DNA of 64,000 nucleotides from Escherichia coli (GTDB lineage Bacteria; Pseudomonadota; Gammaproteobacteria; Enterobacterales; Enterobacteriaceae): NCBI RefSeq assembly GCF_044324785.1, contig NZ_CP172127.1; one strand, 5' to 3'. Shown piece by piece: positions 55,819 to 64,000 of this stretch (position 1 is its first letter; each line of letters starts with the position of its first letter). The notes under the pieces were generated by a model. It saw only the letters and a program-made list of their open reading frames with translations, ran no database searches and was not told where the DNA came from. The position numbers and the translations under genes were made by a program.

Positions 55819-56355
55819 TTAACTGCGTGGGTAATGGATGAGGGAATGAAAATGTACGATTTGCTCCCCACCATTACGATAGACATGCGTAACGTCTGCA
55901 GCAAATCGAGCGCCTTTTCCACAATTAAGGCTCTGCCATTCACCATCAACGCACAGATCAAGTTGCCCATCAATGACGACAACATGTTCGATTACTCCCT
56001 TCTCATGGGGCGTCGATTCACTTATTGCACCAGGTGCCATCTGAATCGAGAAGTGTTCAAAGCAGAGTTGTGGATCATAAGGAAACAGCGAAGTGATCAC
56101 CATCGCCTGCTGTTGTGGATCATAAACTGAAGGCGTAGCGGACTGTGGCGGAGAAATAAATGTCGAAAATGGCACGTTCAACCCGGTGGCAATTTTCCAT
56201 AATGTCGCGACCGTCGGGCTGGATTCATTACGCTCAATCTGCCCTAACATCGCTTTAGAAACGCCCGTCGCTTCTGCCAGTCGCGAAAGACTCCAGCCGC
56301 GCTGCTGACGTAGTTGTTTAAGTGTGGTGGATAAAAAGCGAGTGAGATTTTCCAT
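55819..56355 (-). CDS. sutR: HTH-cupin transcriptional regulator SutR (YdcN), 178 aa
   Basis: N-terminal XRE-type HTH ...SLSRLAEATGVSKAMLGQIERNESSPTVATLWKIA; 178 aa. Confidence 0.85.
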   Translation of the reverse strand: MENLTRFLSTTLKQLRQQRGWSLSRLAEATGVSKAMLGQIERNESSPTVATLWKIATGLNVPFSTFISPPQSATPSVYDPQQQAMVITSLFPYDPQLCFEHFSIQMAPGAISESTPHEKGVIEHVVVIDGQLDLCVDGEWQSLNCGKGARFAADVTHVYRNGGEQIVHFHSLIHYPRS

Positions 56356-56446
56356 GTGACTCCTCCGGCAAAGCGGAAGTTTATCACTTGTGCGTTATAA
56401 CGGACAAATGCTACGGTACCTGTACGCTATAACGCACGAGGTGACC

Positions 56447-57616
56447 ATGCGTCTGTTTCCTATTCCTCCACCCACGCTACTGGCGGGGTTTCTGGCGGTA
56501 TTAATTGGCTACGCCAGTTCAGCGGCAATAATCTGGCAAGCAGCGATTGTCGCCGGAGCCACCACTGCACAAATCTCTGGCTGGATGACGGCGCTGGGGC
56601 TGGCAATGGGCGTCAGTACGCTGGCTCTGACATTATGGTATCGCGTACCTGTTCTCACCGCATGGTCAACGCCTGGCGCGGCTTTGTTGGTCACCGGATT
56701 ACAGGGACTAACACTTAACGAAGCCATCGGCGTTTTTATTGTCACCAACGCGTTAATAGTCCTCTGCGGCATAACGGGACTCTTTGCTCGTCTGATGCAC
56801 ATTATTCCGCACTCGCTTGCGGCGGCAATGCTTGCCGGGATTTTATTACGCTTTGGTTTACAGGCGTTTGCCAGTCTGGACGGTCAATTTACGTTGTGTG
56901 GCAGTATGTTGCTGGTATGGCTGGCAACCAGGGCCGTTGCGCCGCGCTATGCGGTAATTGCCGCGATGATTATTGGGGTCGTGATCGTTATCGCGCAAGG
57001 TGACGTTGTCACAACTGATGTTGTCTTTAAACCCGTTCTCCCCACTTATATTACCCCTGATTTTTCGTTTGCTCACAGTCTGAGCGTTGCACTCCCCCTT
57101 TTTCTGGTGACGATGGCATCGCAAAACGCTCCAGGTATCGCAGCAATGAAAGCAGCCGGGTATTCGGCTCCTGTTTCGCCGTTGATTGTGTTTACTGGAT
57201 TGCTGGCGCTTGTTTTTTCCCCTTTCGGCGTTTATTCCGTCGGTATTGCGGCAATCACCGCGGCTATTTGTCAAAGCCCGGAAGCGCATCCGGATAAAGA
57301 TCAACGTTGGCTGGCAGCTGCCGTTGCAGGCATTTTTTATTTGCTCGCAGGTCTGTTTGGTAGTGCCATTACCGGGATGATGGCTGCCCTGCCCGTAAGT
57401 TGGATCCAGATGCTGGCAGGTCTGGCGCTGTTAAGTACCATTGGCGGCAGTTTGTATCAGGCGCTGCATAATGAGCGTGAGCGAGACGCGGCGGTGGTGG
57501 CATTTCTGGTAACGGCAAGTGGATTGACGCTGGTCGGGATTGGTTCTGCGTTCTGGGGATTAATTGCCGGAGGCGTTTGTTACGTGGTGTTGAATTTAAT
57601 CGCTCACAGAAACTGA
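56447..57616 (+). CDS. ydcO: BenE-family inner membrane transporter (start 56441 GTG or 56447 ATG)
   Basis: MRLFPIPPPTLLAGFLAVLIGYASSAAIIWQAA... Confidence 0.85.
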   Translation: MRLFPIPPPTLLAGFLAVLIGYASSAAIIWQAAIVAGATTAQISGWMTALGLAMGVSTLALTLWYRVPVLTAWSTPGAALLVTGLQGLTLNEAIGVFIVTNALIVLCGITGLFARLMHIIPHSLAAAMLAGILLRFGLQAFASLDGQFTLCGSMLLVWLATRAVAPRYAVIAAMIIGVVIVIAQGDVVTTDVVFKPVLPTYITPDFSFAHSLSVALPLFLVTMASQNAPGIAAMKAAGYSAPVSPLIVFTGLLALVFSPFGVYSVGIAAITAAICQSPEAHPDKDQRWLAAAVAGIFYLLAGLFGSAITGMMAALPVSWIQMLAGLALLSTIGGSLYQALHNERERDAAVVAFLVTASGLTLVGIGSAFWGLIAGGVCYVVLNLIAHRN

Positions 57617-57653
57617 TAATAAAAAGCGCCATCTTACGATGGCGCGGCTGGAA

Positions 57654-58322
57654 TTACTTTTTGTTAACGTCAAACATAGTGGCATCGGTCGCCATGTCAT
57701 CAATAACTTGTTTAATATTTTCGAAAGCCATTGGCGTACTTTCGTTATTCAGGTCTTTACCTTCGCCCTGACGAACGACTTTGATAACCGGTTTATTAGT
57801 CGATGCATCAATCAGCTCACCTTCAAAATACAGGCGAGTATCCATGGTACGGTGGCCCGTCGCCATTTGCGTCCCCGCGACCACTAATGCGACAGGAACC
57901 ACTTCATAGAATTGCAGCCCTTCTTTGCTGGTATCTACACCGGTAATGGCCCCACGAAAAATCAGACTACGCGGCCCAGCGGTGGTAACCAGTGGTTTAC
58001 GCTGCGCTATCGCTTCTTTCATTTCGGTGTTGGTATAGTTCAAAATTTTATCCAGAACTTTCTGCCCTACCTGGGTAGAAGGTTTTGGCACCGGATAATA
58101 AGTGATTGGGTTCCAGACGATGCTGTCATATTTGCTTTGATCAAAACTCGGGTCTACCCAACGTAAAACAGGTTTACCTGTTGCCGAGGTTGTTTCTTTT
58201 AAATCAGAGTAATTGTTTAAAAAACCAGAATATTTATCTGGCTGGGTGATTTTAGAGGCACAACCAGACAGAGCCAACAAGCCGCATAAAGCTGCAACTT
58301 TCGCAATTGATGTGGTACGCAT
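57654..58322 (-). CDS. ydcL: lipoprotein, 222 aa
   Basis: Lipobox LLALSGC in signal peptide MRTTSIAKVAALCGLLALSGC. Confidence 0.85.
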   Translation of the reverse strand: MRTTSIAKVAALCGLLALSGCASKITQPDKYSGFLNNYSDLKETTSATGKPVLRWVDPSFDQSKYDSIVWNPITYYPVPKPSTQVGQKVLDKILNYTNTEMKEAIAQRKPLVTTAGPRSLIFRGAITGVDTSKEGLQFYEVVPVALVVAGTQMATGHRTMDTRLYFEGELIDASTNKPVIKVVRQGEGKDLNNESTPMAFENIKQVIDDMATDATMFDVNKK

Positions 58323-58624
58323 GAATAGTTTCCTGAGATGATTATATTACTTTCTAAGTTATAGCAAAAAGCGCCGCTTCGTGTTGTGGCAAAAAAAGTG
58401 TTGGTGAAAATAAATTTTTCAGCCCCTTTTCAGACGACATAGTCAATGCCGAAAAAGGGGCTAAGTCAATCATCAGTAGTTAAATTTCAGTAAGTTAAGC
58501 TGCTAAAAAACTTCGACTACTGTGATTAATTTCACATCCATTCGATAAAAATTATGCTTACCGAAAAGAAGAACAGTAAACCATCTCAGCGGGGGGAATT
58601 TTCACGCGCCTTGTTCTTAGCGGG

Positions 58625-59218
58625 TCATTTTTTACGTGCCAGCATCGTGGCGAAACGCAGTTTAATACGATTACCGTTGGCGTCGGTGCGGTGCAGCTCG
58701 CCGACGTCTTCATTGTATTTCACCCTCTCCCAGCCTTCGTAATATCGACGTAATTCTCCCTCTTTGAAGGCAAACGGGAAGCCGACGGTACATGGATAAT
58801 CAGCGGTATCCATCGCCGCCACAATCAGGTTGTAACCGCCAGGTTTAGTGCAACGTTGCATATTGGCAATCAGCCCTGGGATGGTTTTAGCCTCAAGGAA
58901 CATCAGCACCACAGTCGAAAGAATAAAATCGTATTGCCCATCAAATGTGAGGTTATTCAGATCAACGACCCGGGTATGTAAATTATCCAGATTTTCAATG
59001 GATTTAATACGCTCGACGTTGGCGATACTCATGGCATTTTTATCCCATGCGTCAACTTCATAACCATTGGCTGCCAGGTAAAGACTGTTACGACCATTGC
59101 CACAGCCCAGATCCAGCGTTTTACCGGGTTTAACCACTTTCACCGCTTCCAGTACTTCAGAGTGTGTGCGGGTTAATTCATACTTATCAGTAAAATAGTT
59201 TTCGTCACGAATGATCAT
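58625..59218 (-). CDS. tehB: tellurite resistance SAM-dependent methyltransferase, 197 aa
   Basis: [49 protein letters not shown]... Confidence 0.9.
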   Translation of the reverse strand: MIIRDENYFTDKYELTRTHSEVLEAVKVVKPGKTLDLGCGNGRNSLYLAANGYEVDAWDKNAMSIANVERIKSIENLDNLHTRVVDLNNLTFDGQYDFILSTVVLMFLEAKTIPGLIANMQRCTKPGGYNLIVAAMDTADYPCTVGFPFAFKEGELRRYYEGWERVKYNEDVGELHRTDANGNRIKLRFATMLARKK

Positions 59219-60207
59219 TCTTTGTCCTCAGCTTTCATTAAAACGGCGCGCTCGGTTCTGATTAACAATTTCCCCTGCATCAGAAGCGCGAAAGTACGGA
59301 TGAGCAGTATTGCAATTATAAAATTGGTAAAGATAAACAGCGGCACCGCCAGCGTATGGAAAAATCCATTATCGCTGCCACTCCCCAGATGTAAGCCGGT
59401 GGTTGCCAGTGCAGATACGCCGAACGAGAAACTCCAGAATGAAGCATTAAATGGCTGGGAGAGATACCATGGCATCAGACGTAGCATAAACAGCAGTTGC
59501 AGCAGCCCATAACCGAAAAGCATTTTCGCCAGCGTGTCACCCTCGCCGCCGTTGACGCTCAGCCAGGCACTACAGGCCACCAGCGCAGGAGCGAGCTGAA
59601 TGCCGAGTGATGTCCGCAGCGCCGTGGGTAATTCTCCCGAACTGCGCAGACGCTGCAAGATCACCGGTTCAAGGCTTAGCCATGAGAAAACGCCTGCGCC
59701 TAAAAACACCAGACCGGCGTCGGTGTAGCCCAACGCACCACAGGCCATTGCGCTGATAAAGTTGTTGGCAACTGTCGGCAGATACAGTCCAGGCGTGGTA
59801 GCTTCTTCAGGATGAGATCCGCGCCATAATCCCGCAGTTTGCCAGGCGGCATAAGCCAGTTGCACCACGACGCCAAAACTGAACAGGCACACCGCCAGTG
59901 GGCGAAACCACGGAACAAAACCAATCGCCACCAGCATCGTCGTTGCCGGAAACAAACTCACAAAACTGCTCAGCACTGGATGGCGAACTTCCGCCAGCAC
60001 GCTATGCGGAAAGCGTATGAGTCGGGTAATAAATGCGCTAGTCAATAATCCCCAGATGATCATCGCCAGAATCACCAGCCCATCCCCTAACCAGTGGCTG
60101 ACCTGCCAAACCTGGCTGGCATAGCGCCAGGCAAATCCCATCCCTATCGTCCCCAACACAATACCAAAGTAGCCTGCCGGCAAATTGAGCACTTTATCGC
60201 TCTGCAT
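59215..60207 (-). CDS. tehA: tellurite resistance / TDT-family transporter, 330 aa
   Basis: [31 protein letters not shown]...; overlaps tehB start. Confidence 0.9.
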   Translation of the reverse strand: MQSDKVLNLPAGYFGIVLGTIGMGFAWRYASQVWQVSHWLGDGLVILAMIIWGLLTSAFITRLIRFPHSVLAEVRHPVLSSFVSLFPATTMLVAIGFVPWFRPLAVCLFSFGVVVQLAYAAWQTAGLWRGSHPEEATTPGLYLPTVANNFISAMACGALGYTDAGLVFLGAGVFSWLSLEPVILQRLRSSGELPTALRTSLGIQLAPALVACSAWLSVNGGEGDTLAKMLFGYGLLQLLFMLRLMPWYLSQPFNASFWSFSFGVSALATTGLHLGSGSDNGFFHTLAVPLFIFTNFIIAILLIRTFALLMQGKLLIRTERAVLMKAEDKE

Positions 60208-60330
60208 CTTCTTACTCATTTTGTTTAATTTATAAAGTATATTTGAAATGCATTTTATGGAATTTTCTCGAGCATAGCCAGAGCCGCAGAATTTGCTACG
60301 GTTATAGTAAGTCACCTGTGGGAAAACGCT

Positions 60331-61311
60331 ATGCGCAAATATCGTCTAAGTGAAGAACAGCGAGCCTTTAGTTATCAGGAAGATGGCACTAAAAAAAGTG
60401 TGTTATTACGGCAGATTATCGCCATTAGCGATTTTAACGATGTGATAGCAGGAACCGCTGGCGGCTGGATCGATCGCGAAACGGTGTTAGCACAGGAAGG
60501 AAATTGCTGGATTTACGACCAGAATGCTATTGCGTTCGGCGGAACGGTGATTTCCGGTAATACGCGCATCACCGGCACCAGCGTACTGTGGGGAGAGGTT
60601 TACGCAACGGATAACGTCTGGATCGATAATAGTGAAATCAGCCTGGGTGCATATATAAGTGACAGCGTCACCATTCGTGGCTCATTAGTTTGCGGTCAAT
60701 GTAGAATATTTGGTCACGCCTTAATTGATCAACATTCTATGATCGTCGCCGCACAAGGCTTAACGCCCGACCATCAACTCCTGCTCCAAATTTATGATCG
60801 CGCAAGGGTTAGCGCCTCGCGTATTGTCCACCAGGCACAAATTTATGGCGATGCCGTCGTCCGGTATGCTTTTATTGAACATCGCGCCGAAGTTTTTGAT
60901 TTTGCCAGTGTTGAAGGTAATGAAGAGAACAACGTCTGGCTATGTGATTGCGCTAAAGTTTACGGTCATGCGCAGGTGAAAGCTGGCATAGAAGAAGATG
61001 CCATTCCGACGATTCATTACAGTTCACAGGTGGCGGAATATGCCATTGTGGAAGGTAATTGTGTGTTAAAACATCATGTCTTGATTGGCGGAAATGCCGT
61101 GGTACGTGGCGGACCGATTCTGCTCGACGAGCACGTTGTAATACAAGGTGAGAGCCGTATTACAGGTGCGGTGATAATTGAAAACCATGTGGAGTTAACC
61201 GACCACGCCGTCGTTGAAGCCTTTGATGGCGACACGGTTCATGTCCGTGGTCCAAAAGTCATTAACGGCGAGGAGCGCATTACGCGAACGCCGCTGGCAG
61301 GGTTATTGTGA
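60331..61311 (+). CDS. ydcK: left-handed beta-helix (hexapeptide) protein, 326 aa
   Basis: 326-aa ORF in conserved position before rimL. Confidence 0.85.
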   Translation: MRKYRLSEEQRAFSYQEDGTKKSVLLRQIIAISDFNDVIAGTAGGWIDRETVLAQEGNCWIYDQNAIAFGGTVISGNTRITGTSVLWGEVYATDNVWIDNSEISLGAYISDSVTIRGSLVCGQCRIFGHALIDQHSMIVAAQGLTPDHQLLLQIYDRARVSASRIVHQAQIYGDAVVRYAFIEHRAEVFDFASVEGNEENNVWLCDCAKVYGHAQVKAGIEEDAIPTIHYSSQVAEYAIVEGNCVLKHHVLIGGNAVVRGGPILLDEHVVIQGESRITGAVIIENHVELTDHAVVEAFDGDTVHVRGPKVINGEERITRTPLAGLL

Positions 61312-61842
61312 ATCGATAATACGCGCGTATAAGTTCACATCATCATAGGCATCGTTCAGGAATTCAGCCTGTTTCAGGCAACCTTCAAGGATAAAACCAT
61401 TGCGCAAAGCGACCTGGTTGCTTTGCGCATTGTCCACCCGACATTTGATCACGAAGCGTCTAAGTTCACCAGACTGAGCGTAATGATTAATCAATGCCTG
61501 CAGCGCCTGAGAAATGATCCCCTGCCCCTGATGAGATTCGTCCAGCCAGTAGCCGATTTCAGCGGTTTTATTCAGTGGTTCAATACGATTAAACGAGATA
61601 ACGCCGATAAGTTCATCTTCTTTGAAAATCATGAACATTTTGGCATATCCGCGTTGATGCAACATTACATTGCCCTGCACCGTTTTTCGCGTGTCCTCTT
61701 CACTTTGAACAAACTGCGGCCAGTTTAGCGACTGCTGTAACCAGGTTCTATTTTTACAGATTAACTGATAAAGAGGTGTGACATGACTTTCTGCAACAGC
61801 ATGTAATTCAAGTGATTCACTTACTTTTATCGTTTCGGTCAT
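61303..61842 (-). CDS. rimL: ribosomal protein L7/L12 serine N-acetyltransferase, 179 aa
   Basis: [31 protein letters not shown]... Confidence 0.88.
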   Translation of the reverse strand: MTETIKVSESLELHAVAESHVTPLYQLICKNRTWLQQSLNWPQFVQSEEDTRKTVQGNVMLHQRGYAKMFMIFKEDELIGVISFNRIEPLNKTAEIGYWLDESHQGQGIISQALQALINHYAQSGELRRFVIKCRVDNAQSNQVALRNGFILEGCLKQAEFLNDAYDDVNLYARIIDSQ

Positions 61843-61904
61843 CTTATCTCCAGTCAATCCATGCAGTTGTTAAAAAAGCCGCCTGGCTGGCGGCTTAGGA
61901 AAGT

Positions 61905-62129
61905 TTACACCTCTTTGACACTCTCCTGCTGCAGGATTTTGAGCATCTCATCTTTTAACTGTAGCTTTTGTTTTTTCATGCGGACCACTTCCGCATTGTA
62001 CCCTCGACCGTCGGAACCTTCCTTTCTGGCAATTTCATGATCAAGTTTATTGTGTTTATCGAACAAGGACATAAAGCGAGGATTTTCGTTTTTCAGACGG
62101 GATATTAAATCTCGGTATTCTGGAAACAT
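61905..62129 (-). CDS. ydcH: DUF465 protein, 74 aa
   Basis: MFPEYRDLISRLKNENPRFMSLFDKHNKLDHEIARKEG... Confidence 0.8.
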   Translation of the reverse strand: MFPEYRDLISRLKNENPRFMSLFDKHNKLDHEIARKEGSDGRGYNAEVVRMKKQKLQLKDEMLKILQQESVKEV

Positions 62130-62268
62130 ACGCACTCCCTGTTAGTGGCTGACAAGGTGTATATGAAATACACACTATCAGATTACTCATTTAACTTAGG
62201 GAAAAATGCGAGCGGGATCGTGTTTAACCAGACGGCACCTCCCGAAGAAGGTGCCGAAGAAAAAACGA

Positions 62269-63924
62269 CTAACTCATCACGCGGTCGTCAACATACTGAC
62301 GTTTATCCGGCGCTGGCGGGAAATACTGATAGAGCCATGTTTCACTGATAGCGTCGCCCTGACAACGCAGATACATCCGCATATCGACCGGATCAGTGGA
62401 GTCCGAAGTCGGATACCAGTCAAACTGAATACGATAACCATCAATGGGTTCAATATAGAGAATTTCGATTTGCTTCGCTTCCCCACTGGAAAGCGTAATC
62501 ACCGGCTCAATGCCTTTTGGTGCGGCAGCTTTCAGATCACCACCAACGAAATCGACGGCAAAACGACGCGCCCATTTTTCGGGATAGTGTTCACCAGGCG
62601 CCCAACCTTCCGGGAAACCGCCCATGCCGGTACGCGTTGCCATAACGCGCGCTAATGGGCAATGAACAGGCGGTTGCGCACTCCAGTACAGACGATACTG
62701 GAATGCAAACTCATCACCCGCTTTTACAGCTTTTTCTGGCTGCCAGAAGCAGACAATGTTATCCAGCGTTTCGCCCGTTGTTGGGATTTCCATCAGGCCG
62801 ATGGTGCCCTTACCCCACTTGTTACGCGGCTCCACCCACAGACTTGGGCGTTTGTTATACCAGCCCATAATGTCCTGATAATGGGAGAAATCACGATCCA
62901 GTTGCAATAAACCAAACCCTTTCGGGTTGTTGTCGGTGTAAGCATTGAACTGCAATTTTTGCGGATTATTCAGCGGACGGCAAATCCACTCGCCGTTGCC
63001 CCGCCACATGGACAGACGATCTGAGTCATGGATTTGCGGATGAATGGTGTCGCACATCCGACGTTCATTAGTACCGCAGCTGAACATGCTGGTCATCGGC
63101 GCAATGCCCAGCTGTTTAATGTCTTTGCGCGCATACAGGTGATTTTCCACATCCATAATCACCTGACTTTTCTCACAATGGATAGTGAACTTATAGGCAC
63201 CAGTAATGCTGGCGCTATCGAGCAACGCATAAACGGTAAAGGTGGTTGCCCCCGGTTTTACCGTATCAAACCAGAAGGCGGTAAAGTCGGGGAACTCTTC
63301 TTTACTGTCGGTGTAAGTGTCGATCGCCAGGCCGCGAGCCGACAAACCGTATTGATATGTATCATCAACCGCGCGGAAATAACTCGCGCCGAGGAATGAT
63401 ACGACATCACGGCGCGCCAGTTCGGGGGCTTTAAACACGCGAAAACCGGCAAAACCGAGATCGCTTTGCCCTTCTAATTGTTTGGTATCAACACCCGCAT
63501 CGTTGTATTTGAACAACTCCGGGCGAAAGTGAATTTCACGCGCCAGATGTGTTGCGGGATCAACAGAAAACATACGAACGCGGCGACGGAATCCCATTCC
63601 CATATGGAAGAACTGAGCGTCCAGTTGACGGTTCTCAACGTTATGCCAGAGCGATTTTTCGGCGTCGTATTGAATACTGTTATAAGCCTGCGGCGTCATT
63701 GTCGCCAGAGTGTCAGGTAACGGACGCGGCGCACCACGCCACGCGGTTTGCGCTAAGTCGTGCGCCATTGACTGTAGAATGGAGAAGTCAAAACGCTGGG
63801 TTTGCCCGTCGGCAATATCAGAATCTGCCGCGAATGCCGCCTGAGAAAAAAGAGAAGCAATGCCGCTGGTACCGCACACGGCGGCCATAGCCATTGAACC
63901 TTTAATAAATCGTCTACGATCCAT
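62269..63924 (-). CDS. opgD: glucans biosynthesis protein D, Tat-exported, 551 aa
   Basis: [32 protein letters not shown] twin-arginine signal; 551 aa. Confidence 0.9.
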   Translation of the reverse strand: MDRRRFIKGSMAMAAVCGTSGIASLFSQAAFAADSDIADGQTQRFDFSILQSMAHDLAQTAWRGAPRPLPDTLATMTPQAYNSIQYDAEKSLWHNVENRQLDAQFFHMGMGFRRRVRMFSVDPATHLAREIHFRPELFKYNDAGVDTKQLEGQSDLGFAGFRVFKAPELARRDVVSFLGASYFRAVDDTYQYGLSARGLAIDTYTDSKEEFPDFTAFWFDTVKPGATTFTVYALLDSASITGAYKFTIHCEKSQVIMDVENHLYARKDIKQLGIAPMTSMFSCGTNERRMCDTIHPQIHDSDRLSMWRGNGEWICRPLNNPQKLQFNAYTDNNPKGFGLLQLDRDFSHYQDIMGWYNKRPSLWVEPRNKWGKGTIGLMEIPTTGETLDNIVCFWQPEKAVKAGDEFAFQYRLYWSAQPPVHCPLARVMATRTGMGGFPEGWAPGEHYPEKWARRFAVDFVGGDLKAAAPKGIEPVITLSSGEAKQIEILYIEPIDGYRIQFDWYPTSDSTDPVDMRMYLRCQGDAISETWLYQYFPPAPDKRQYVDDRVMS

Positions 63925-64000
63925 ACCTGAAAGTGAGTCCTTCTGGTGTTGTGAGTGGTCCCGCGCTGGTCGTTTTCAGCGGCAAGAAAGTGCTTATTTA

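Noticed and set aside
57617-57653. Possible mobile element between ydcO and ydcL (an IS609-type insertion is recalled at this position in K-12)
   Set aside because: Only 37 bp separate the two genes here, so no element is present in this strain; the K-12 comparison is from memory, not a search

Overview
This window reads as an Escherichia coli chromosomal segment, the fdnG-narZYWV-rhs-ansP-ydc-opgD interval, in reverse orientation relative to K-12 numbering as I recall it. All gene identities come from reading the supplied translations and local DNA by eye; no database search was run. About 50 conserved core genes are present and collinear with K-12, including yddG, narU, narYWV, yddE, nhoA, yddH, yncG, ansP, yncE, yncD, mcbR, curA, mnaT, ydcZ, ydcY, ortT, patD, ydcSTUV, ydcR, hicAB, yncJ, rlhA, sutR, ydcO, ydcL, tehAB, ydcK, rimL, ydcH and opgD. 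Five accessory or variable segments interrupt this backbone: (1) an AT-rich island at 2.9-6.9 kb with an intact OmpC-family porin and two IpaH/YopM-like leucine-rich-repeat proteins lacking an E3-ligase domain; (2) an IS3-family element (IS1397-like, 1432 bp) inserted into a REP palindrome with a 3-bp GTT duplication between yddE and nhoA; (3) a degraded region at 19.4-21.4 kb with a GNAT remnant, a transposase HTH fragment and an ISAs1-family (H-repeat) transposase carrying an in-frame amber codon; (4) a VgrG-Rhs island at 21.7-33.2 kb with an intact Rhs whose C-terminal tail has an HExxH motif and a signal-peptide immunity protein, followed by a second full-length but inactivated Rhs copy with its own tail and ATGA-coupled immunity gene; (5) an AT-rich insert at 44.1-45.5 kb carrying a Vat/CatB-like hexapeptide acetyltransferase. 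narZ carries a frameshift near 11625, and fdnG shows the expected in-frame UGA selenocysteine codon. No rRNA, tRNA or CRISPR array was recognised. The strongest candidate for an undescribed system is the Rhs HExxH toxin with its apparently exported immunity protein, followed by the LRR protein pair and the Vat-like acetyltransferase.
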